Shown here one piece after another: positions 16,005-23,861 of a DNA stretch of 64,000 nt (positions are counted from its first letter, which is position 1; every line of letters begins with the position of its first letter). The stretch covers positions 267,479 to 331,478 of the forward strand of contig CAWIIP010000005.1 in NCBI GenBank assembly GCA_963836235.1, read 5' to 3'. A program made the position numbers and the translations under genes. Source of the stretch: an uncultured Pseudomonadota bacterium (GTDB lineage Bacteria; Oederibacteriota; Muellerivitia; Muellerivitales; Muellerivitaceae). The notes under the pieces are model-generated. The model had not been told where the DNA came from. It did no database searches and saw nothing but the letters and a program-made list of their open reading frames with translations.

Positions 16005-18266
16005 CTATTCCAAAACCAACATCTTCCCGGTGGATTTTCCCTGTTCCGTGAGGACCACCAGGTAATAAACCCCGCCGGCCAGAGGATGGCCCCAATGGTC
16101 GGTGAGCGTCACGGAAAGTGGAGTGCCGGAAGGCACGTTTGGGAAAGTCTCTTTCTTCACCAGCCGAAAGGCCACCGTGAATATTTCCACCGTCACTTGG
16201 GAGGAACCCGGATAGGCCGAAGGCACCACATTGACCGGGCCCCCGGAGGTGGGGTTGGGGTAGATCGCGACCTTCGAGTTGTTCGGCGGGGTGGAAGTGA
16301 GAGAGCTCGTTGAACTCATGGTCCCCAGGGCGGTGGGCGCGGGAGTCGCGGTAGAGACGGAAGTCACCGTGGGTGTCACGGAAGAGGTGCTGGACGGCGC
16401 CGGGGTCGCTGTCCCGGAGGCGCTGGCCGTTACGGAAGGCGTGGGGCTGTTCGTGGGGATTCCGGTCGCCGTCAAGGTGGGCGGCAAGGTTCCCGTAGGG
16501 CCGAGGGTGAGGGTCAAGGTTTCTCTATTGGTGGGGCTGAAGCTGGGTGTGCTGGTAGATGTCGCTGAGGCGGTCCATGTCGGGGAAGCGGTGACGCTGT
16601 CCGTCGGGCTATTCGAAGCGGTGGGCGACGGTGAACTGGTCGAACTGGCGGAAGGGCTGTTCGTCACGGTCATCGCCGGGGTCGAGGTCGCGCTTTGGGT
16701 TATCGTGGAAGTCGAAGAAGCCGTCGGAGTCAAGGAGGGGGTGGGAGTGAGTGAAACAGTGCTACTGGGCGTTACCGTGGCCGAGTCGGTCGCCGTTGAG
16801 GTGGGCGGCAAGGTGCCTGTGGGACTGTTGGTTGGGGTACCGGTGAGGGTCGGAGTCACGGTACCGCTGCTGGTGGGGCTAAGGGTCGCCGTTCCCGTGG
16901 AAGTTACGGTGGCGGTCGCCGTCGGGGTTCGGGTGGGCGTTGGACTCGGGCTGGAGGTGGGCGAACTGGCCGTCAAGCTTGCGGTTCCCGTGCTGGTGGG
17001 GGAAAGGGTCGGGCTGTTGGTTAAGGTCGGGGTAGGGGTAGATGAAGGTGAGCCCGTCGCGCTCGCCGTAACGGTTTTCGTGGCGGTGGATGTGGAAGTG
17101 GGTGTCGGGCTGTTCGAAGCGGTCCCGGTCGGGCTTCCGGTGGGGGTCGGACACGAAGTTCCGCTGGCCGTGAAAGAAGGAGTGGATGTCAAGCTGTTCG
17201 TCGGGGTGCCGGTGGGACTGCCCGTGGCGGTTTTCGTGGGGCTCGAACTCGGCGTGGCGCTGGAGCTGGGTGTGAAAGTGAGTGTGAAATTCGCAGTCTT
17301 TGTCGGGGTGAAGGACGGCGTGACACTGGCGGTCGAGGTGGGTGACGGTGAGCTTGTCGAACCCGCGGTGGAACTGGAAGTAAATGTGGGCGTGACCGTT
17401 GCGGTGTTGCCGGGGGTGGAGGTGGGCACGACGGTGCAGCCGCTGTTGACGGCCACCGAGAAAGAGTTGCTGACGAAAGGCACGCCCCCCGTCCTCAGCT
17501 CGTCCCCTGCCTCGACCGCGGCCAGGTACCAGGTATTTTGGATGAAGCCCCGGGAAAGGGCGTCGTTAAAGAAGGACATGAGGTTCAAGTCGCTCACCGA
17601 GGAGACATTGGAGGTGATTTGGTAGGACATATAGGTCCAGCCCAGGGTGGAGGAAGGGGTTTCGTAAAGGTTCCAGGTAAGGCCACAGAGGGAGATTCCG
17701 GTGGCCACGGTGACCGAGGCCGTGGGCAGGGGCGTGTTGCCCACGTAGTTCAGCCAAATCATCAGTTCCGCGCCGCCGGCGAAACCGCCGCTGTCGCTGG
17801 CGCAGGTGCTTTGGGAAGTGGAGCTGAACCAGATGTCATAGGCGATGTCGTAGGAATCCCCCGTGGTGGTCGCCGGGGCCGAGAAATTCCAGCTGGAGGT
17901 GACGCAGGTAAGGCTGCTTTCCAGCATGGGAAGGTTGCTGCCGGGACTGGCGGTGCCGAAGTGGCAGCCGTAATAAATGGAAGGGTAGCTGGCCACGGAT
18001 GGCGCGCAGGTGAATGTGGCCTCGGTGACGCCAAAGGCCCCAGTGGCGTTGTTGATGGTCACGCATTGGGTGCCTGCGCAGGCTCCCTGGTTCCAGTAAT
18101 TGGTCTGCACATTGTAAGCGGGGGAGCCGGTGGTGCTGATCGTATCGTATTGGGCGCAGGTGGCGGTGGTTTGGGCGGCGGCGGGGGAAAACCAAAGCAA
18201 CATCGGGAGAAAAAAGAAAACCCTCCCCAGCGCTGGGAGGGTAAAGGACGGAAGCATGGGCTTCAA
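16005..18266 (-). CDS. Secreted GH12 endoglucanase with about 380-aa Thr/Ser/Pro stalk and T9SS-type-A-like C-terminal domain
   Basis: Signal AAA-Q; NYWN, SYPSIYYG, YDIAYDIW, ELMIWL, VEAGDE; C-terminal IYPNP...GVYY...K.LV. Confidence 0.9.
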   Translation of the reverse strand: MKPMLPSFTLPALGRVFFFLPMLLWFSPAAAQTTATCAQYDTISTTGSPAYNVQTNYWNQGACAGTQCVTINNATGAFGVTEATFTCAPSVASYPSIYYGCHFGTASPGSNLPMLESSLTCVTSSWNFSAPATTTGDSYDIAYDIWFSSTSQSTCASDSGGFAGGAELMIWLNYVGNTPLPTASVTVATGISLCGLTWNLYETPSSTLGWTYMSYQITSNVSSVSDLNLMSFFNDALSRGFIQNTWYLAAVEAGDELRTGGVPFVSNSFSVAVNSGCTVVPTSTPGNTATVTPTFTSSSTAGSTSSPSPTSTASVTPSFTPTKTANFTLTFTPSSSATPSSSPTKTATGSPTGTPTNSLTSTPSFTASGTSCPTPTGSPTGTASNSPTPTSTSTATKTVTASATGSPSSTPTPTLTNSPTLSPTSTGTASLTASSPTSSPSPTPTRTPTATATVTSTGTATLSPTSSGTVTPTLTGTPTNSPTGTLPPTSTATDSATVTPSSTVSLTPTPSLTPTASSTSTITQSATSTPAMTVTNSPSASSTSSPSPTASNSPTDSVTASPTWTASATSTSTPSFSPTNRETLTLTLGPTGTLPPTLTATGIPTNSPTPSVTASASGTATPAPSSTSSVTPTVTSVSTATPAPTALGTMSSTSSLTSTPPNNSKVAIYPNPTSGGPVNVVPSAYPGSSQVTVEIFTVAFRLVKKETFPNVPSGTPLSVTLTDHWGHPLAGGVYYLVVLTEQGKSTGKMLVLE

Positions 18267-18686
18267 GGGGGAGGCCTTTCACGGCGCCAGGGATTTCAAT
18301 TTTCAAACATCATATCGCTCCCTTCCCCTCCTTGCCACTTTGAACGCCTTTTTCCTCTTGCAAAAAAATTCAGCCAAATAAAAAAACCGAAACCGGTTCA
18401 AGAGGGATGCTGGAAGGTTAAACCTGATTGGATTCAGTCTTTGGATCGAGTCCAGGGAAATGTTTTTTTGATTCGCCGTCCATGCGGGACGGAACCGTTC
18501 AATGATTCGGGAGAGGTGAGGGCGATACTTGTTTCGCGCCCCTTTGGACGGAATAACCAGAGGACAAAAGATCGATAATCTAGTAGCGGTTCATGTCCAC
18601 AACGCAAAAAGGTAAACCTGCATTCCACAAAAACCTTATCTTTTGTGTTATTTCTCAATTAAACCTTTTCAACGTATAATCTTGTC

Positions 18687-19421
18687 ATGAAATGCCCTGA
18701 ATGCGACTTGGAACAGCACGACAACGCAACCCTCTGCTCCGGATGCGGCTTGAGTTTCGAAATGTGGCGCAAGCATAATCCCGACCTAGCCAAAAGGCCG
18801 CCGGTTCCACCCAAAGAGATGGCCTTCCCGGCCTCGGAGGAGGAACCCACAGCCAAAGCCAATCCCGCCCCGGCGGAACCTCCCCCCGAACGCCCTGAAA
18901 CTAAGGCCTCAAGTATAGAACCGGAGTTAGGAGAGAATCCTGGTGAGAAAAAAAATTTCCAATGGACTCCCCTTCTCGGGGCCGGCCTGGGCCTGGTCAT
19001 CGCCCTGATCCTGACCGGAATTTACCTTGCCTACCTGGCCTTCAAGCCCATTCCAAATTCGGACGTCGAAAATGAACAGCCCACGGTCGTATCCATGACG
19101 GGGTCCTCTTCCACTCCCGATAACGGATCCCCCCAGGCCTCAACTCCCACCCCCGAAATCACGCCGGTAGAACCGGCTCCCACCGCCGCCGACGGTTCTG
19201 ATAGTTCCACCGATTCTACGGCTGCCGCGCCGGCCGTGGACACTCCAACCAACTCTTCCGATGTGTCTTCTGCCACAAACATGGGAACGGCATCGGCTTC
19301 TCTGGCAACCCCATCCCCCGCTGCCGCGGCACCCATGCGCCCGCCCGCCCCCTTCTCCAGCCCTGACCTTTTGGAATCCTCTCAACCCCTCCCCACCCCC
19401 ACCGCGATCTCCCTTCCCTGA
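18687..19421 (+). CDS. Zinc-ribbon single-pass membrane protein with low-complexity tail
   Basis: MKCPEC...CSGCG, TM helix, Pro/Ser/Thr-rich C-terminus. Confidence 0.75.
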   Translation: MKCPECDLEQHDNATLCSGCGLSFEMWRKHNPDLAKRPPVPPKEMAFPASEEEPTAKANPAPAEPPPERPETKASSIEPELGENPGEKKNFQWTPLLGAGLGLVIALILTGIYLAYLAFKPIPNSDVENEQPTVVSMTGSSSTPDNGSPQASTPTPEITPVEPAPTAADGSDSSTDSTAAAPAVDTPTNSSDVSSATNMGTASASLATPSPAAAAPMRPPAPFSSPDLLESSQPLPTPTAISLP

Positions 19422-19484
19422 CCCAATAACCGAGGGAATCTTCGACGGGTACGGGCCCTTTAAAAGTCTCCTTATTCTCCAAAT

Positions 19485-19518
19485 AAAAAACCCCCCGGCC
19501 ATAAGGCAGGAGGGTTTT
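19485..19518. terminator. Bidirectional terminator between convergent genes
   Basis: AAAAAACCCCCCGGCC-ATAA-GGCAGGAGGGTTTT. Confidence 0.7.
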
Positions 19519-19552
19519 AGAAAACTATTCAAATCTGTTTAAGGGCTATTTT

Positions 19553-20116
19553 TCATTTTCCCTGGTGAATTAAAAGTTCCGTCCTGCGATTCTTGGCACG
19601 ATTTTCAGGTGTATCGTTCGGGGCGACCGGATCTTGATCTCCCATACCACGGGCCGTAATGCGATCGGCCGAGACCCCGTCTTTAACCAGTTGCGTCTTC
19701 ACGGCTTGGGCCCGACGTTTGGAAAGGCTCAAATTGCCTTCTTTGCTGCCGCTGTTGTCCGTATAACCCGTTACTGTTACGGTTTCATCCGGATATTGGT
19801 TCAGTTGATCCGCGATCTTGGCCAGGCTCTCCACCGCCGCCGGATTCAAGTCCGCCTTTCCTTTGGCGAAGGATAAATCCCCCTTGAGATTGACCTTGAT
19901 GCCCTCGCTGGTTTGAGTGGTTTCCCCCACGCTAGCCAGGGCCTGGGCTTGCTGGTCCATGGCTTTTGAGGCGACGGTTTTGGATTTCGCCTCTGGAGTG
20001 GCGGTGGCTCCGGTATTTTCAGAAGAGCTGCTCGGCTTGATAAATAATCCCAAAACACAGCAACCATTCAAAGCAACAACCCCAGCCCCGAGCAACAGAT
20101 ATTTTAAAAACTTCAT
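19553..20116 (-). CDS. OmpA-family lipoprotein
   Basis: Lipobox LNGC; GYTD..G...NL.LS.RRA, NRRTE. Confidence 0.9.
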   Translation of the reverse strand: MKFLKYLLLGAGVVALNGCCVLGLFIKPSSSSENTGATATPEAKSKTVASKAMDQQAQALASVGETTQTSEGIKVNLKGDLSFAKGKADLNPAAVESLAKIADQLNQYPDETVTVTGYTDNSGSKEGNLSLSKRRAQAVKTQLVKDGVSADRITARGMGDQDPVAPNDTPENRAKNRRTELLIHQGK

Positions 20117-20320
20117 AATTTCTTTCTCCTTAAATTTTCCCGAAAAACAAAAACTGAAATTGTTTTCCATAGGTTACATTCCCGACTTGGCCGCTAAGGA
20201 TACCGCAAAATCAGCCAGTCGGGTTCAATTTTTTTAGGAATAACCCGGAAAAGGTGGTGAGAAAATCGGTTAGGCTTAGAGAATTCCTTTTAAAATTGAA
20301 CCCCACTCGCTCCTCGAATT

Positions 20321-21784
20321 TCATTTCAGGTCTTGGGAACGATCGGACGAGATTTTTAACTCCGCCATGATGTCGGCGGTAGCCTGTGGGGCCTTGGCGG
20401 CGTCAAATACAATCTTAGATCCGAACCAGACGTGGTCTTCCAGCTCGATCACGTGATAGCCTCCTATCGGATTCTTGAAAGCGGCGATGATATCCTTCAT
20501 TTGCGAAATGGGGCGCCCGTTCACCTTCTTCACGATGAGGTTGGTCTGTTGGTCGTAACCGACATTGATGTCGTGCGGAAGCACGTGGCTGAGCAAAACC
20601 ACTTCCTTGCGCTCTGGTGAGGGGAAACCGTGGAGAAAAAGGTCCTTGAGTTCCGGCTTGAAGTTTCCCCATTCCCCCGATCCGAAATAATTGGAGGTCA
20701 ATGGGACAAAAACAAAACCCGCGTAGAGGAAATAAGTGGGATGGATGTTGTCAGGCCGATAGGCCACCAGCTTGGAGATGGCTTTGAGGGGCTCTTGAAT
20801 TTTCATCGGCTGCCCATTCCGGAGGATATCCAGGGTCGTTTTCTCCCCTATCTGATAAAAGGTGAGGAGATAGGTCCAGTCGATCCTTTCGGACTTGGCC
20901 AGGGTAATGTCGCCCTCGTCGTCGATGGGCTGGCCGTCGACCGCGGTCAGAATATCCCCTTCCTGCAGGACGCCGTCGGCCGAACCGCCGTAAATGACTT
21001 TCGTAACGATGACCCCGGTTTTATCCGGAGGCAGTTTGTCATAGGCCTGGAGGGATGGGTTTTCTAGGTTCTGGACTAAAACACCGCTATCGGGAAAACC
21101 ACCGTAAGGACGCCCATCCTTTATCCCTTTTAAAAACCGTTGAACCACATTGACAGGAATGATCGACCCCGTTTTATCGGGCACGTGCCAGGACTCGAAA
21201 GGAAGCCCGACAAATTTTCTATTGCTGAACACCGCACAGCCGTCTTTTTTGGGATCGATCGGGTTATAGGTGATGAGGCCTGGCACGTAACGCAGGGCCT
21301 CAGTGGAATAGACCATGTCGAGTCCCGAGATCGTGTCCTCTTTGACGGAAATCTCGTCTCCGCCATGGATGATCACCTTATCTCCCGGGGAAGGCAGGTC
21401 GCCAAACTCCACGGGCTCGGCGTCCTTGAAGAAATCCTTGTCCTCCAGCGACAAGAGTGCCAAGTCCAAGTCATAGCCTATTTGCTCCACCTTCGCCACA
21501 TACCGCTTCGTTTCGCCGAACTTCTGTACCTCGATGTAATTGGACTTGTCGGCGAAATGGGCGGTGGTGAGGATCCGCCCGCCCGGGATTACCACGCCGC
21601 ATCCTTCGAGCTGAACCTGCGCTCCCGGTTTCCAGGGCTCGTAAAAATCCACGTTTTGGATGGTGGAGAAGACCTTCACCACTGATTTTTTAAAGTCCTT
21701 CTCCTTGTGCCAACGACAGGCGGGAAGAAAAAGGAGCCCGCAGAACAAAAGGGGCAAGGTGAATTTGGTTGTGGAATTTTTCAT
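20321..21784 (-). CDS. Deg/HtrA-like protease paralogue lacking the catalytic Ser (predicted lipoprotein)
   Basis: Colinear with the neighbour; LTTAH and DLAL retained, but AAINPGNSGG replaced by NPIDPKKDGC; lipobox LPAC. Confidence 0.85.
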   Translation of the reverse strand: MKNSTTKFTLPLLFCGLLFLPACRWHKEKDFKKSVVKVFSTIQNVDFYEPWKPGAQVQLEGCGVVIPGGRILTTAHFADKSNYIEVQKFGETKRYVAKVEQIGYDLDLALLSLEDKDFFKDAEPVEFGDLPSPGDKVIIHGGDEISVKEDTISGLDMVYSTEALRYVPGLITYNPIDPKKDGCAVFSNRKFVGLPFESWHVPDKTGSIIPVNVVQRFLKGIKDGRPYGGFPDSGVLVQNLENPSLQAYDKLPPDKTGVIVTKVIYGGSADGVLQEGDILTAVDGQPIDDEGDITLAKSERIDWTYLLTFYQIGEKTTLDILRNGQPMKIQEPLKAISKLVAYRPDNIHPTYFLYAGFVFVPLTSNYFGSGEWGNFKPELKDLFLHGFPSPERKEVVLLSHVLPHDINVGYDQQTNLIVKKVNGRPISQMKDIIAAFKNPIGGYHVIELEDHVWFGSKIVFDAAKAPQATADIMAELKISSDRSQDLK

Positions 21785-23298
21785 GGAACGTTCCCCTTCA
21801 AATCCTGCGACCGGTCGGAGGGAATGTTGTTCTTGGCCAGTATGTCCAGGGTGGCTTGTGGGGCCTTAGCTGCGTCCAACACGATTTTAGTTCCCACCTC
21901 CACCGGATTATCGAACTCAATGACATGGCGGCCGTCCTTGGGATTTTCAAAAGCCCGGATCAAATCCTTCATTTCCGTAATGGGAACCCCGTTGATCTTT
22001 TGGATGACCAGATTGGCGTATCGGGATCCGTAGCCCTTGTTGATCTCGTGGGAAAGAATATGGCTGAGGAGAATAACCTGTTTCCTATTTTCCGAAGGTA
22101 GTCCGTCGAAATAAAGGGGCAGGAACTCGGTTGGGGGTTCCTTGCTGATTTGCAGGTAATTGGAGTTGAGTGGGGTGAAGACCAGTCCGCCAAAAATGAA
22201 ATAGGTCGGGTCGACGTCGTATTTAACGAAAGGCACTAAACGGGCGTCCTCCTTCAGGGTGACGGAAACTTTAAGCGGCTTTTTATCCCGAAGGATTTTG
22301 AAAACCATTTGGTCCCCGATCTTATGAAGGCACAGGGGGTACTGGAAATTAAGCCTTTCGCCCTTGCGAAGGGGGATGGTGCCATTGTTGGCGATGGTAA
22401 ACCCGTCGATCGACAAGAGAACGTCGTTCTCCTGGAGCTTATCCCAGGCGGAGGAACGGTAAATCACTTGGGAGACGAGCAGGCCCGTCTGGTCCGGTTT
22501 CATTCCATAATAGGCCCGGAGAGCGTCGTTCTCCATGGGCTCGGCAAAAAGCCCCAGCGTGGGCACGGGGCTGTAATTTCCTTTTTTGACCTGTTTCAGG
22601 AATCGCTGGATAAGTTGGACGGGAACAATATAGCCGGTGTTTTGCGCGACGGCGGCGTTGTAGCCCTGAAAAGCCACCCCAACCAGTTTTTTATGGCTGA
22701 AGACGGGCCCGCCACTGTTGCCGGGATTGATGGCCGCGTCCGTTTGGATGCCCAGGAGGTTCCTCGTGGAGTGGCTATATTGGATGACCTCAATGCGGGA
22801 AACATTCCCGTCGGTAATGGACAGATCTTCCCCGCCCAATGGATAGCCATAGACCGACACCTTGTCCTTCAGGAAGGGCAGCTTCCCGAATTTGACGGGC
22901 TTGGTGCCACGGAAGAATTTGGGGTCGTCCACCTTCAAGATGGCCAAGTCGCAATCGTGGGCGACATATATTTTTTTGGCCGTGTATTTTTTAGCGTCCC
23001 CGTCCTTGAGCACCTGGATGAAGATTTCGTTGGAGACGACATGGGCATTGGTCAGGATGCGGTGCCCCGAAATAATACAGCCGCTGCCGCTGACGTTCTC
23101 CTGGGGCCCCACCCTCCAAGGCTCGTAATAGTTGGGGTTCTGGATGGTCGTGAAAATTTTGACTAGGGATTGTCTCAAGGAATCTTCACCGGCAACGGCG
23201 TGGGGAAGTGGGAGAAGAATAGACAGAACAAGAAGGAAAAGAGAAAGCCGACAGAGGGCGTAGGGGACGCGGGTCTTAGGATTCAATGGATTCTTCAC
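21781..23298 (-). CDS. Deg/HtrA serine protease with PDZ domains (plant Deg2/Deg9-like architecture)
   Basis: LTNAHVV, CDLAIL, DAAINPGNSGGP triad; PTYFIFGGLVFTPL second PDZ. Confidence 0.93.
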   Translation of the reverse strand: MKNPLNPKTRVPYALCRLSLFLLVLSILLPLPHAVAGEDSLRQSLVKIFTTIQNPNYYEPWRVGPQENVSGSGCIISGHRILTNAHVVSNEIFIQVLKDGDAKKYTAKKIYVAHDCDLAILKVDDPKFFRGTKPVKFGKLPFLKDKVSVYGYPLGGEDLSITDGNVSRIEVIQYSHSTRNLLGIQTDAAINPGNSGGPVFSHKKLVGVAFQGYNAAVAQNTGYIVPVQLIQRFLKQVKKGNYSPVPTLGLFAEPMENDALRAYYGMKPDQTGLLVSQVIYRSSAWDKLQENDVLLSIDGFTIANNGTIPLRKGERLNFQYPLCLHKIGDQMVFKILRDKKPLKVSVTLKEDARLVPFVKYDVDPTYFIFGGLVFTPLNSNYLQISKEPPTEFLPLYFDGLPSENRKQVILLSHILSHEINKGYGSRYANLVIQKINGVPITEMKDLIRAFENPKDGRHVIEFDNPVEVGTKIVLDAAKAPQATLDILAKNNIPSDRSQDLKGNVP

Positions 23299-23399
23299 TT
23301 AATATGCGTCCTTATTGGATGACACTTGCCAAGTTAAAGGGCGCCTAGTTTAACATGGGGCCATGGACCCGGCGGCAAAAAGCAGGCGCCCGCCGAAAC

Positions 23400-23828
23400 T
23401 CATCGCATCAAAATCAGTTCCGGAATGGCGTCGCTGTCCGCCCAAACCACCGCGTTTTGCTTATATTTCAGGGCCATTTCCTTAGCGGTTTCCAGCGTCA
23501 CCCCCAAAACTAAAAAACTGGGTTCCGCTTTCCAGTGCCCGCTGGGGTCCCCCCCTACTCCCTCAAAGAAAGGCACTTTCATTTGGGTCAATTCGGTCTT
23601 CAAATGCTTGTGGGCCCGGATATTGAGATTGCGATCGGTTTTCTGGCTGTAGGGGTTATAGGCCGTGATGTACATCGCGCTCTCACATCCCTTTTCTTGA
23701 TAGAGCCGGGCTAATTCCGCGGATTTTTTCCAGATGCGCAAAACAAAAGCCGGCGGCCCCGTCACCCGGTAATGGGCGGTATTGTAGGCATTGATCAGGG
23801 TCTTAGAAAGTTTGGTTTGAGCCGGCAT
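23400..23828 (-). CDS. DUF3293 family protein
   Basis: AY..T.Y, ITAYNPYS, W..EPSF, QNAVVW. Confidence 0.85.
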   Translation of the reverse strand: MPAQTKLSKTLINAYNTAHYRVTGPPAFVLRIWKKSAELARLYQEKGCESAMYITAYNPYSQKTDRNLNIRAHKHLKTELTQMKVPFFEGVGGDPSGHWKAEPSFLVLGVTLETAKEMALKYKQNAVVWADSDAIPELILMR

Positions 23829-23861
23829 AAATACCTCAATGATTTTTTGAACGTTATTGGC

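Noticed and set aside
16279-17625. 448-aa Val/Gly-rich plus-strand ORF and many similar antisense ORFs (e.g. 2495-3343, 8112-8807, 40351-41214)
   Set aside because: Shadows of real genes on the opposite strand caused by codon bias
18390-18530. Frame reading HLSRIIE...KNISLDSIQRL...LPASLL, like an XRE HTH remnant
   Set aside because: No start codon, needs an insertion to align, and is too short to support
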